Shown here: positions 23,564 to 36,480 of the stretch, piece after piece
Layout of the letters: each line of letters starts with the position of its first letter
How positions within the stretch are numbered: position 1 is the first letter of the stretch
Source of the DNA: Callorhinchus milii
Lineage: Eukaryota
DNA length: 64,000 nt
Direction: 5' to 3'
NCBI RefSeq assembly: GCF_018977255.1
Contig: NW_024704742.1
Coordinates: 84,074,001-84,138,000 of the forward strand
The notes under the pieces: model-generated
Databases searched by the model: none
Seen by the model: the letters and a program-made list of their open reading frames with translations, nothing else
Told to the model about the DNA's origin: nothing
Translations under genes and position numbers: made by a program

Positions 23564-23969
23564 ACTGTATGCAAAATCCAAAGTTTTTTTAACATGATTT
23601 CCCTTCCTCTCCCTAACCTCAAGCCAAGGAGATGTAAGTAATTGCAGACTAGAATCCTGGCTAATCTTCCCCTCTCCTAATCTGAGGTCTATTGTAATGC
23701 TCCAAATGAGACACTGATTGAGATTAGCCTCGTCTGATGGTCTGTATTTGCCAGATGTATTTGTCTGTATTTGAGCTGATAGCCTATTTTGCATTGTCAT
23801 TTAAATCAGGAAGTTGCTGGTTTCCATGTACTGGAATTTATAGTTTATGCTGGATATTTTGTTCATGTTTTTAGATGTGGTGGTATTTCTGTCTTCAGTC
23901 GAAAGGTGTGTGAAATGAAGACTCTGCAATTCTGCTGAGTGTGAGCAGTCAGTAATTCCCAACCTCTCT

Positions 23970-24295
23970 TTGTTTTTGGTCAGCCGGGTGTCTGACACAT
24001 GCAGAAACCCATCACCCTGCTTAAGAGAATCCAAACCTAACTGAGAGTTCCATGCATCCCACCTACACGTGGAAATCAATTTCAAGAGATGTTTGTTGAG
24101 ATGGAATACATACTTTCTCCCTGGAGGGACACATCCTGCTTAACTAATTCCAGAAATTATTATATGCTGGTTAGCAAGAGCCAAGGCTTGGGGACCCCAG
24201 AGTGTGGGTTGGGGTACAACTGGATACCTGGACCCCAACCGGATAGCTTGCATTGGAGGCACTGCCTAGCAAGCTTTCCCACTGCTAGTCCAACT
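23970..24295 (-). repeat. Family U copy
   Basis: tttttggtcagccgggtgtctgacacatgcagaaacccatcacc... Confidence 0.85.
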
Positions 24296-24666
24296 ACCAG
24301 ATGCATTACCACAGCTTGGAAACATATCCCTTACCAACTCCTTTCAAAATTGTCTTTTAAAGTATAAATTTGGAATTTGCTGATTACAGTAAACTCTTGA
24401 GTAATGCAGTATGACCTCTGTGTTCATGACCCAAATGTGCAGCGCCTTGGGACGTCCTCCTGATGTGAAAGGCGCTTTATAAATGGAATCTTGTTGTTGT
24501 TGTTGTTGTGTTGGAGGATTCATGTGTATTTACTGATAAATTGTTTGCAGTTGATCACAAATAACATTTGTGTCCTGTTTGCTTATAATACTCCTTACCA
24601 TTGATATTGTGTCTTATTCAAATTGAAATGTCTCAAAATGCCTCAGTTTTTTTCAATTGTGAAGTA

Positions 24667-25492
24667 CTCGCAAAAAAGCTAGACAGGAGATGAGAAGACA
24701 TTTTTTTGGCCAGCGAATTGTTACGATCTGTAATGCACTGCCTGAAAGGGTGGTGGAAGCAGATTCGCTAGTAGGTAGAACCAACTCATCCCTGCATAAG
24801 CTTCAGATCATCCAGAACTCTGCAGCTCGTGTCCTCTCCCTCACCAGGCTCCGTGACCACAATCACTCCCATCCTCACCCGGCTCCACTGGCTCCCCATC
24901 CCTCAGAGGATAGAATTCAAACTCCTCGTCCTCACTTTCAAAGCCCTCCATGGCCTTGCGCCCTCCTACATCTCTGACCTGCTGACCCCCTATCAACCTG
25001 CCCGCCCCCTCTGCTCTGCAGGCTCCGGCCTGCTCCAGGTTTCCCACCCGTCCTTCCCAACCATTGGCAGCCGGGCTTTCAGCCTCTCTGCCCCCACCCT
25101 ATAGAATTCCATCCCACAATCCCTTTGCCTTGCTCCATCCCTTGCCTCCTTCAAGGCACGACTCAAGATCCTCCTTTTTGACCTTGCATTCAGCCACCCT
25201 CCTACCTCTCTGCTCTCCCTCACTCCATCCCTGCCCCCCCACAGTCGGGTCCTGATCCCCGACTGTTCAGCACCTTGGGACATCCTCCCAACATGAAAGA
25301 CACTTTACAGATGTCATTTTGTTGTTGTTGTAGATTTCAAAAGGGAATTGGATATAGACTTGAAAAGGAAATGTGTTGCAGGGCTATGGTGTAAGAGTAG
25401 GAGAGTGGGACTAGTTGGTAGCTCTTTGAAAGAGCGGCACAGACACGATGCGCCAAATGGCCTCCTTCTCTGCTGTAAGATTATATGATTCT
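24667..25492 (+). mobile_element. CR1 LINE 3' end, interrupted by L2 at 24781-25330
   Basis: RRHFFGQRIVTICNALPERVVEADS, resuming as FKRELDIDL; tail aaatggcctccttctctgctgtaagattatatgattct. Confidence 0.85.
24781..25330 (+). mobile_element. L2 3' fragment
   Basis: LQIIQNSAARVL...LHWLPIPQRIEFKLLVLTFKALHGLAPSY; (TTG)n tail. Confidence 0.92.
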
Positions 25493-25597
25493 AAGTATAG
25501 TGATTGTATATTTGTAGCTGGACACGGCAACCAATTTATGCACAGCAATCTCCCACAAACAGCCATGAAGTGAACGATCATATTATTTTGAGGCACT

Positions 25598-25893
25598 GGA
25601 GTCCTGTAGCTCAGTGGTTAGAGCACTCGCCTCGCAAGCGAGAGACCTGGGTTCGATTCCTGGTAGGGCGAAACCTTGGGTAAGTTTCCATACTCTACAC
25701 GCCTGATAATAATCCCTCAAGAAAAAAAATCCACGACTGTGTGTGAGACACTGCTGTGCGCAATTGGCCGCTACATTTATACAGTCAATTCACAAATATA
25801 CAGTCAATTCACTTTACGGTATATTCTGTGAAGCGCTTTGAGACGTCTGGAAGATGTGAAAAGCGCTATATCAAATGCAAGGATTATTATTAT
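25598..25893 (+). mobile_element. Young tRNA(Ala-CGC-like)-derived SINE, full length, short subfamily
   Basis: GGAGTCCTGTAGCTCAGTGGTTAGAGCA-CTCGC-CTCGCAA-GCGAG-AGACCTGGGTTCGATTCC: intact A/B boxes and an anticodon arm with a CGC loop centre, followed by a non-tRNA body and (ATT)n tail. Confidence 0.93.
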
Positions 25894-26510
25894 ATTATTG
25901 TTGGCCAGGACATCAGGACAAACTTACTTCTTTCTTCAGAGAGTAATGGGATCTTTAACATCCACCTGAACAAGCACAAGGTACCTTGGTTCAACAAATC
26001 TCTGACAATGCAGTGCTTCCCACTCCCCCATTCCCCCGACCCCTTAAAGCACTACATTGGAATATCAGCCTAGACTGAATCTAAATCCCACAATCTTCCG
26101 ACTTGGAGACAAGAGTGCTCCCAAATTAGCCTGGCAGATACCTTGTTTGTTTGTTTGTTTGTGGTGCGTGCATTTTTCTTAGTACACAGTTTGTGTTCCT
26201 TTCCAGGTTTGTATAGCTGAGGTCTTCATAATCTGTCATTTGTTAGGCTATTTCGTCTGGAATGAAGCATTTCCTTTAAAGAGGATGTTTACGTATTTTG
26301 TCATGCTATTTGTTTAATTTACTGAACAAACTAATGCTTCAAAAAAATTCAAATGACAAGTATTGGTTTCTTGCCCCACCAAGCGTTGAGCAACTTTCAA
26401 AAACCTTTTGGAGGTACGTGTGTTACCCCTGTGTGCAGACAACAACCATTAAAGGACGAATTCAATGCAGTCTGCAAAAATATGTTTTTAGAATTTTTTC
26501 CTTTGCACAA

Positions 26511-26980
26511 TTTTTTTGGGTCAGCCGGGTGTCTGACACATGCGAAAACCCATCATGATGCTAAGAGTATCTAAACCAAATTCCATATGAATTCCATGCA
26601 TCTCACCTACATATGGAAATTCCAGAGATAAATTGTTGGAATGGAATGCGCACTCTCTCCCTGGAGAGACGCTTCCTGCTTACCTAATTCTGGAAAGTAT
26701 TAGCACAGGTTGGCAAGGGGTCCCCAGAGTGTGTGTTGGGTACTGCTGAAGACTAACCAGCTAAAACTGCAAAGCTTGCCATTGATATTGCTGTCCGGCA
26801 ATCTTTCCCACTGTTTGTTCTGCTAGGACCACCCTACCTGTTGGGGCTTTGGTTTGCAGGGTTAACAGTATCTCAGTGGGATGATTCCCTGCCCCCAGTG
26901 ATTGGTCTGCCCTTACAGGTCCTACCGGTCAGCCAGGTTGGCTGTGCTGTCATCAGCAGTGCCCTGAAATACTACGATGC
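26511..26980 (-). repeat. Family U, longest copy (about 470 bp)
   Basis: Oligo(T) at 26510-26518 (an A-tail on the minus strand), colinear with all other copies. Confidence 0.88.
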
Positions 26981-27992
26981 CCAAAACCATTGATGACTTT
27001 TGTATAGAATTTGTTTATTTATTGGAAAAATGTTTTTTTTACATCTATTTCTTTCTATCTTCCTGTCCTGGAGGCATTGAGGTGTCTTGGGGTGCCGTTC
27101 CATAGCCAAAGGCAGATGTCTAATATCTGTTGCAGATGTCTATTCTTCACATGTGTGTCTGGACAATGAGCAATAGACTATTTGATCATAAGTTTGGTTT
27201 GGATGAAGAAGACTCTTCGGCTCTCCAGAATACTCTCCTACTGCCCTCCCATCACAACATCTTTTTAAATGAATCCTTTGTCCTGTTCCAGTCATTCCCC
27301 TCTGAGTAAAGAGAAATCTAGTTTTGCATTGAAATAGCCCTTTGCAACTCTAAATCTTTGTTCTCTTTTCCTAATAATCTTGCTCAACCAGGGATGGACA
27401 TCATTTGGTGGAGAAGAGGAACAAAACCATAGCCTATGTTACTTGCTTTTCTTCCTTTTTGTAATGGCCAATTTAGTTTCACACACTATTTTTACTCTTC
27501 TGAGATGATTGTGTGCTTTTTCTAGTCAGCATGAGCTTGCATTTCTTCACCAAGCCATTGGGGAAGAGGAAGTCAATAATTTAAAAATCTCCACTTCCTC
27601 CACCATGCCTTTGTACTTCCCTTAATGTACTCTGAAGAACTTGATGTAGAACTTACATAGGTGTCCTTTTCTACTTCTATAATATTTGAACTTTGATGCA
27701 CTCCAAATCCATCACAAAATGAATTGCTTTGTAGTAGATTGATATTGTTCTTGACAAATATAGCAGATGATCTCTGCCAGCAATGTCCCAGAAGCGATAA
27801 TATGACAAATTAAGATGTTGAATCTGTTTTTGGTAAATTTGTTTGAGGGCAGAATATTGGCAAGAACTCCTTGCTCTTTTGTTTAAAAATAAAGTAGTGG
27901 CACGAGATCTGAACAAGCAGAACAGGCGGACGGGAACCAGGATTAATGTTCTAATCAAAGAGTAAGCTTCCTACAATTTCTAGGCTTATGTC

Positions 27993-28642
27993 CATAGCAA
28001 CATAGAATTGTACAGCACAGAAGGAGGCCATTCGACCCATTATGTCTGTGCCGGCTCTTTGAAAAGAGCTATCCAATTCAATCCCACTCCCGCGCTCTCT
28101 CCCCATAGCCCTGCAAACTTGTCCTCCCCAAATAATTATCTACTTCTCTCTTAAAAGTTATTATCGAATCGGCTTCCACCACCCTTTCAGGCAATGCATT
28201 CCAGATCCAAACAACTCGCTGAATGAAAACATTTCTCCTCACCTCCCCTCTGTTTCTTTTAACAACTATTTTAAATTGATGTCCTCAGGTTACTGACCTA
28301 CCCACCAGTGGAAATAGTTTCTCCTTGTTCACCCTATTGAATCCCTACAACATTTGGAAAACTTCTATTAAGTCTCCTCTTAACCTTCTCTGCTCCAAGG
28401 AGAATAATCCTAGCTTCTGTAGCCTCTCCTGATAACTGAAGTCTCTCATTTCTTGTCCCATCCTAGTAAATCCCCTTTGCACCCTCTCCAATGCCTTGAC
28501 ATCCTTCCTAAAGTGTGGAGCCCGGAACTGAACACAGTCTCTAGCTGAGGCCTAACCAGTGTTTTATAATGGTTTATCATAACTTCTTGACTTTATTCTG
28601 TATTCTATGCTCCTATTTGTAAAGCCTAGTATCCTGTATGCA
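27993..28642 (-). mobile_element. CR1 LINE 3' fragment
   Basis: catagaattgtacagcacagaaggaggccattcg tail; the minus strand encodes CR1 ORF2 C-terminal motifs (RILGFTNRSIEY; WNALPERVVEA-like). Confidence 0.9.
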
Positions 28643-30379
28643 TGTGGAGATGCATGAGATCTATCTGTTGTGATGTGACTGCCATCATGTTTATTTGGTG
28701 GAGCTGATGACATTTTCATTGTGGGTGTGAGTGTATGGGGTGTGAGGGGGTTGGGGGTTTGGGTGAGATTCAATAGTGGGTCCCGGATGCAGAACCCAGA
28801 GGTCAAGTTTTCTTTCATCTTTGATATTATTTTAAAGCTTCGGATTGGTTGGCTTCTGTATGCTATCTTAAAACATTAAAGAACAGAAGAAAGGTACAGT
28901 ATTTTCCATTTAACAGCAAAGAAGATTGTTCTCTTCAGAAACTCTTCAGAAAAAGTAAGTTTTATCATGTCCAGAGTTTAGCCAGCGTGCTCAGAAATCC
29001 TCTAGTCCAGCTAGTGAAACACTTAAGACTATAATACATCTTGTTTTACTGCCTACCCTTATCTGTTAAGAATCTCTGAAATCACATTAAATTACCTTCA
29101 TTGTATCTACTGACCCATTTTGTGTAGATCATTGACAAGAAGATTGATGAATTATTCCATTCCTTCCGATTAAAATTGCTAAATCAAGTGCTGTTACTAC
29201 GGATATGAGAAATTTTACAATGTTTATTTTACAGAAGTAATTTATGCCAACATCAAGCTTTACCGGAACACGTTCTGGCACAGGTTTTGAAAGCACATAA
29301 AGCATTTTTTAAAATTAAAAGAAATTTTAGTTCTTCTAATCTGACATTTAACCCTTAGCTTGCTACATACCAACGATACTGTATTCAACTGGATTTTCTG
29401 CAGACAAAAGTAGGTTATCATTTATTGCAGACTTTCACTTCACTTGCACGTGTGATGTCTTCCAACAGCTTTTATAAAATCTTTGCACACTCCTGCTCTT
29501 CAAACTCCACTTCAAAAGTGATAAATCAACTTTAGAAATAAGAAGGACCTTGCAACTTGTGTCCCACATTACTGCACTCTGTGCTCCATTTTTGCCAAAA
29601 GCCACTACATTTAAACCCCAAATAAGCCTAATTATGATTTTTATTAAATTATTTCAGTGTACCCTAAATCCCAGAAGAATATTCCAATTATGAATATTCC
29701 AACTTATGCTGGTAAAGTTTTACAGTTTATTTTACACAACTACCAGTCCACAAAGGTTATGTTTTCACATGTGGTATTTAACTCATATGGATCTCCTGTT
29801 GCGAAAGGCACTTTGTAAATGTAAAATTCTATTGTATTGTAACCTATCTTGAAATTCATTGTGCAATCGTTTTTTAACTTATTAAATATAATTTTGTATT
29901 TTATTTGCTGTTTGTTCAAATGACACTTAACATCAAAGGATTCTATTGAAACTGCAGAGTTCATGAAATGCCTCAATATATATACAACTTTATATATTAA
30001 TTCAGAACAAAGTGTAAAACTGACTTCAGCGGCTATTAAAGAGCAAAGTCCCGAGCATCTAAGTGTGAATTTTTTTTTAAAAAGCTCCACATGATTTCAC
30101 TGAGCTTTTAGGATAAGGATGCAAGGATTGTTAAATAAAATGTGTTCCATTCTTTTTGGGTTCATCCCAAATACAACATTTTAAGTAATCCATTCTGTGA
30201 ATCTTTCACTTCTTCCTCCACTGAAGGAGAAGGCAATAAGTGTTGCTTCCATTGCCATTTCAACACTTGATTCTTGTTCTTGTATCCTATCCAATCATTA
30301 CTAAAATAAATCAAGATTGTGCACGATAGTGTACTAGTGCTCTCATCCACTTTGTCGTCAGCATGAGAGACATGAAACA

Positions 30380-31342
30380 GTCTGTTGGCCCGGTCAGCCT
30401 GATTCATTGGCAGGACTTGAGTATACTGGTAACTGGGGACATTTAATTAATTACTAATAATTAACCCTGAAAGCCAAAAGTCCTAATGGATAGGATGTCC
30501 CAGCTGAACTTGTCAGATAGTGTTTCAGTGGCAAGCAATGTGATTTTTAGCTGTTTAACTCCATCAGTAACCCCCAAAACACTTTGGGGTCCCCAGTCTT
30601 GGCTCTTTCAGAACTCTGCAGCTCGTGTACTGTCCCGCACCAGGCTTCGCGACCACATCACTCCCACCCTCGCTCGCCTCCACTGGCTCCCTATCCCCCA
30701 GAGGATCGAATTCAAGATCCTCATCCTCACCTACAAGGCCATTCATGGCCTCACTCCCTCCTACCGCTCTGACCTACTATCCCCCTACTTACCTGCCCGT
30801 ACCCTCCGTTCCTCTGGCTCCAGTCTGCTCCACATCCCCCGCCCTAACCGCCCTACCATCGGTGGCCGGGCCTTCAGCCTCTCAGCCCCTGGGCTCTGGA
30901 ACTCCATCCCCCAGGACCTTCGCCGCCTCCTCCCTTTCCTCCTTCAAGGCCGGTCTCAAGACCTTTCTCTTCAACCGTGCCTTCAGCTCCCCTCTCAACT
31001 CTCTACCTCCTCCTCGCTCCCTCCCTTCCCTCCCCTCACCCTGACCATTTCCCCCCTGCTCGGGTCCCGACCCAACTGTCCAGCGCCTTGGGACGTCCTC
31101 CCGACATGAAAGGCACTCTATAAATGAAATCTTGTTGTTGCCAACCTGCATCTAATACTTTCTGGAATTAAGTAAGCAGGGGTCAATCCCATCAGGCTGA
31201 TTGTGTGTATTCCATTCCAGATACAGGGACGTTGTGATGTGTAGGTGGCTTACACATATGGAACCTAGTCTGGTTTGGATATTGTAAAGCATGAAGATGG
31301 TTTCATGTACACTGGCTGACGAAACCTGGCTGACTAAACAAA
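30380..31342 (+). repeat. Family U copy interrupted by L2 (30607-31140)
   Basis: Host sequence ggctctt|gccaacctgcatctaatactttctggaatt is split exactly by the L2. Confidence 0.75.
30607..31140 (+). mobile_element. Young L2 3' fragment
   Basis: QNSAARVLSRTRLRDHITPTLARLHWLPIPQRIEFKILILTYKAIHGL; closely similar to 15163-15610 and 45990-46532. Confidence 0.93.
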
Positions 31343-31644
31343 TGCATGTTTAACTTTGGAAAAAATTATGCTTGCAGAAGTAAACAATTCCTGCACTTTG
31401 TCAAGGTGTAATGATTTGGGAAAGTGCCAAGGGAAGTGAGATCCTTTCTTTTCCTTCCTCTACAAGAGCAGAAGATTCATGCCTGAATTACCAGAGTTCC
31501 CTTTTTTATGCTTTCTAGTGCTTAGCTTAATAATAAATTGTTCGAAACCTAAAAACAGATCTAGTGATCTTGCATGTCATTTGTTTCTTGAATCCAGGTG
31601 AACCTTGAGTGAGGATAGATGAGGCAACATAATATTGCACCAAA

Positions 31645-31820
31645 TACTGCTTACTTAGGTAAGCAGCATGTGTTCCTTCAAGGAGAAAGGATTCATTCCA
31701 TCCCAGATACAGGGAATTTCCATTGTGTAGGTTGAATGTATATGTGGAGCTCTGGCTTGAATGCTCTTAAGCATGGTGATGGATTTCCACATGTGTCAGG
31801 CACTCGGCTAACCAAAAGAA
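31645..31820 (+). repeat. Family U, short 3' copy
   Basis: ttaggtaagcagc...cattccatcccagat...catgtgtcaggcactcggctaaccaaaag. Confidence 0.75.
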
Positions 31821-32476
31821 GAACGCCCAAAGTATGCTCTAGTAGCAGTGAAAACCTTTGAAACATTGCCATAGTATTGTGTGTTTTGAAAAGGGTGAAC
31901 GCCCATCTATTTGGAAGTAACAACAAAAACAGAACCTAGTGGTTTGGCCTTAGCAGATGAGTGATGTGGTTCCAATTTTTGAGATGTGTGATGGATCCAG
32001 ACCTGGAAATTACAGCCGAATGTTGTAGCTTGACTGTGATAGAAACAAATTAATCAAATCAGTAGCATTGAATTTCAATCTTGTTATTTTATTAGAAAAC
32101 TCTTGTTTGTGCATAAATTCACTACAAATAGATAACCCTTCAACTACATCTTCATATGTCAAGGCTCGATTTATTCCATCACTCTGCTTGCCAGACTCAC
32201 AGGCTCTTAACCTCCGCAAGCTGCAGAACGTCCGGAGCTGTGAAGCCTGTATTCAGAAGAATTGAGTGTAGATCATGGAATCATAGATATTTACAGCGCA
32301 GAAGGAAGTCCATTCGCCCATTAAATCTGCCTAAGCTCTCAGGGCAAAGTGCTTATTTATTCAAATCTGCCATATCCCCACACCCACAATTACCTCTGCC
32401 TCTGTCACCTTATTGCACATCCCAACAGCATCAATTGCCAGGTTTCTCCAGTCCTGAACTAGAACTGAATACCTGT

Positions 32477-32787
32477 GGAGTCCTGTAGCTCAGTGGTTGG
32501 AGCACTCGCCTTGCAAGCGAGACACCTGGGTTCAATTCCAGGCAGAGCGAAACCTTGGGCAAATTTCCTTAGTCCACATGCCTAATAATAATCCCTCCAA
32601 AAAACAAAACAACTAATTGGTCATGTTCAATCCACGGCTGTTTGTGGGACACTGCTGTGTGCAAATGGCTGCCGCATTTCGCCCACGAATATACTGTCAA
32701 TTCATTTTACAGTCTATTCTGTGAAGCGCTTTGAGACGTCGAGAAGACGTAAAAAGCGCTAAAATCAAATGCAAGTATTATTATTAT
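32477..32787 (+). mobile_element. Young tRNA-SINE, full length, short subfamily
   Basis: tRNA-like head at 32477, body, hairpin and (ATT)n tail. Confidence 0.92.
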
Positions 32788-33784
32788 ATAGTAACTTCTC
32801 CAGCTCCCGGCCATGCTTATCATGGGAATGCCCATGAATTAGCCGACCACTCCACAAACACTGCCGTGCCTTCTACTATCTAACTTTACTTGTCCCTAGT
32901 TCACTTCCCGTTAGGAAATAACTCATTGTATTTCTCAATGTAAATTAGTAACCTCTTTTATAAGAGAAACACTAAAATTCATATTTAAACACTTATTTTA
33001 AAAGACTTCCTTTGCCCTAAATTATTACAGTGCCGTTTGGAGTCGTGCATCAACTGTCCGAATATGGGGACTAAGACTAAGACACAGCAAAGCAAGGTGA
33101 TAGGAGAAATAGACTAGAGCAAAAGAATGTACAGGTAAAAGACTAAAGCGGGAGGAAAAAGAAAGAAAGGAAGGATAGTGGCATGGGAAGCAAAGGAAAT
33201 AAAAACTCAGGGCAGGAAGAAAATTAATGCTAAATTAAAATAAACCATTAAATCTAATTCACATGATTGCTAAATGCTTTTTCGTATTATATTGAGTGGT
33301 GTAGAAATCAGCATTTGTGCTATCTTGGCTTTCCTTGCGGCCAGCACAAAACACATCTATTTAAGTCTTTGTAGTTCAACAAGTGGATACTGTTTTCTGC
33401 TTGTTTTGTTCTGTTTATATCAATGCTGTTTATATCTTACTCTCTCCATGTGGTGCTTCGAGACATCTTCCCGAAGTGAAAGGTGCTATACAAATGTCTG
33501 TACAAATATTGAAGCGGTCGTTGCCCATTCGCTGCCTCTCTGTGATACAGCTTTTCCACATTGCTCTCAACTTGTATCTCTCTGGTTTCTTGTTTCCTGT
33601 ATATTTATTTTAGTCTTCATTTCTATTGAGAGTTACTGCATTTCTTTTAAGCCTTCTCAAATGACCTTAGTTTGACTTGCGTGTATATGTTTTCAGCAAC
33701 AAGACTTATAAATGACACTCTAAAGTGTTTCTCTACGGATCACGAAAGATCTGTAGAAAGGAAAGTGGACATGTTTCTTAAAAG

Positions 33785-34160
33785 ACTTAACAGACGTTTT
33801 CAAAATTATGAGGGGATTTGATAGGGAGAACAAGGAGAAACTATTTCCACTGGCGGGTGGGTCGGTAACCCGAGAACACCGATTTAAAATAGTTGTTAAA
33901 AGAAACAGAGGTGAGGAGAAATTTTTTTCACACAGCGAGTTGTTTGGATCTGGAATGCATTGCCTGAAAGGGTGGTGGAAGCTGATTCGATAACAACTTT
34001 CAAGAGAGAAGTAGTTAATTATTTGGGGAAGACACATTTGCAGGGCTATGGGAAGAGCGCAGGGAGTGGATTGAATTGGAAAGCTCTTTTCAAAGAGCCG
34101 GCACAGACACAATGGGCCGAATGGCCTCCTTCTGTGCTGCATAATTCTATGATTCTATGA
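33785..34160 (+). mobile_element. CR1 LINE 3' end
   Basis: FKIMRGFDRENKEKLFPL...PERVVEADSITTFKREV; terminal (TTCTATGA)2 octamer repeat typical of CR1. Confidence 0.92.
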
Positions 34161-35089
34161 TGTTTGGCCTGAGAGTAAAACTGATCTCATTAACTAGGTC
34201 TCTTTTTAAATGCATTTTTAAAAAACAGCTCATTTATTTAAAACCTTCTCAAATATGTAATATCATGGAATTAGCCTGCTTCAAGCACTTATTGATACCA
34301 AGGAGAGCTTTTTTTAATAAAGTAAAATCGATGATATTTTTGAAAATAGTCACATTTTGACTTCATGTCTGCGTTGCCTTTGTTTGTTCACTCCTTCCCT
34401 TCTACTGCCCACTACACCTGGGTAGTTTTGGGATCTGAACAGACAAATCTCTCTTTTAATTGCAGTTGGAGTTTGTCGAACTCTTGTGCATTGCACTTCT
34501 TTGCTTGGCAATCAAAGTTTGGGCAATCACCAGTGAAGACTGCAGGAAATGCAGGTGAAAGCATTGGAAATCAGCCCTACTGATCACTGCCAGCAACTTA
34601 TTTTCAACAAAGTCTTTAATTCACTTAGTGATGGACCATCGCAGCACTATTTTGCCAGGTTGCAGAGAAAACCATGTCTTGACCCTGAGTAAAGCACAGT
34701 CCAAAGGCTTGCAGACAAGTGGGCTTTATATGAGGATGGCCCATTCCACCTCACAATTTACACTGTGCAACAGCAAAAGAACATGACCAGGTTCTTAGTT
34801 CTCGGACATTTTGTTGAAGGGGTTGATAGCGTCTGTGCCAGACCTCTATGTTTATGTCGGGAGCTCAGGAGCTGCTTCAGCCATACCTCAGGATTCTGTG
34901 TCCTTCCAAAGAAAAGTCTGCGCAGAACCCTAGTGGTACAACTTCTCTTGTCTGTGAAATTCTTTCCCAGTTATTGCTATTGCCTAGAAATCTCTCTGCT
35001 GATGAGAAAAAACAAATTAAGAACAGTCACTTGCTGATTAGGGGTGACACTAGTAATAATAAAACTAATCTTTACATTTGCTATAAGCT

Positions 35090-35452
35090 CCTTTCACATC
35101 AGGTGAATGACTCAAAGCTACTTACTGTAAGGTGTGGTGGTTGTGTATCTTGTAGGTGAATGAGGCAGCCAATTTGCTCACGCTAATGTCCCACAAATAA
35201 TTTTATTGCGGGGGGGGGGCGGTTGTCGGCTAGGACACTGGGAGAAACTCCCTTCTCTTTTCGAATAGTGCCATGAAATCTTTCTTGTTCTTCTGAATAA
35301 TTGGTTTAACATTTCAAGCAAAGGATGGCATCTATGACAATGCAGTGCTCTCTCAGCACTGTAATCGAGACCACGAGTTTGAAATGCTGACATAGAGCTT
35401 GAAGCCTCAATCTTCTGATTCAGAGGTGAGAATGCTATAGATTGAGTCAGTG
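35090..35452 (-). mobile_element. Old DeuSINE-like element
   Basis: ggacactgggagaaactcccttctcttttcgaatagtgccatg...gacaatgcagtgctctctcagcactg...ttctgattcagaggtgagaatgcta. Confidence 0.7.
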
Positions 35453-36287
35453 GGCATAAGGCTATGAGTTGGCTGTACTTGTCCGATGGTATTCTACTAC
35501 CACTTCCTCAATCTTCCTGTATGCTCAGGAAAAACTCAGCGTATGACTTTATTACGTTTGTTACTGTGCACTTTTGTTCTGCCACCTAATATCCATCTGT
35601 TTCCTATTTAGATTACAGCAGTGGCTTCAATTACACTATCATTAATGACCTTTTGTTACCTTCAGCAAATGGGGATTGAGATAAAATAGCATCTACTAGC
35701 ATATTATACATTAGCAAAATAATCCTATCAGGTTATTGTAAAATAGAAATGATTATTTCATATCCTGGATTGTTTTTGTTGCATGTGCGGGAAAAAAAGA
35801 ATTTGTCCTTCTGAGGAATGTGGTTACAGTGCAAATATATTTTTATTATTAGCTTTGCAAAACTGAAGTCAGTGAGTCAGAAGTTATGGTGAAGGTTGCA
35901 TTGATTTAACCACAAACTGGTGTTGCACAATCAGTCTGCTCTAGTAATGAGACTATGTGGCAGTGAAATCTACTTTAGACAATAAGTACAGAGTGTGCTT
36001 CTCGTGAGGTGAAAGAACTAGCTTTCTAAAAAAAACTCCCCAGAGTTTCAGAAAGTACTAAAGCTCTTTGCATCAGATGTCTCCTGCTTGTTTGTTTTGT
36101 GAGTTCCCTATTTGTTTACTCAGGAACAGGCAGACTCTCCAGTGTAGTAGCTCAAATGTTCTACTTGACTGGGTATATTTGGAATATAAAGTAAATTAAT
36201 GGGGATATAAAGTAAATGGGATGCACTAGTGTGGTCTGGACTGTAGGATTGAACAATGGGCCTGAAAGGAGCCTTTTGCTTGTTCTA

Positions 36288-36480
36288 TACGGTCAATCTT
36301 GTTAAAGCAACCACCTCTATTCAGCAAACATCTGTTGTCAACAATCACCCTGGAACAGTCCTAACCAATTTTCTTAATAAACCACCTCCATTCAGCAACC
36401 ACTTGTCTATTAACACAACTGGTGGCCACTCTTTTTTAGCCATGTCAGTGTACAGACACCCTTTTCAATAGCCAGTTCTA
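36288..36480 (+). mobile_element. Possible left end of a pogo/Tigger-like DNA element
   Basis: TA-CGGTCAATCTTGTTAAAGCAACCACCT start with a subterminal repeat AACCACCTC(T/C)ATTCAGCAA present twice; no convincing right TIR. Confidence 0.35.

Larger units (their letters stand above)
24585..26142 (-). mobile_element. Old DeuSINE-like element split into three pieces (24585-24666, 25493-25597, 25894-26142)
   Basis: Pieces are colinear with the intact copy at 50595-51016: tail, then body, then central domain and tRNA-like head. Confidence 0.65.

Noticed and set aside
25598..25672. tRNA-Ala(CGC)-like gene (also at 32477, 8043, 14674, 20693)
   Set aside because: Poor acceptor stem, no Pol III T-run terminator, and always followed by the SINE body and tail; these are SINE heads.
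26925..26982. CTGATGA followed by a hairpin on the minus strand of family U (hammerhead ribozyme-like core), also near 5995
   Set aside because: No downstream GAAA, stem III or NUH in either long copy. An Infernal search on the family consensus would be the definitive test.
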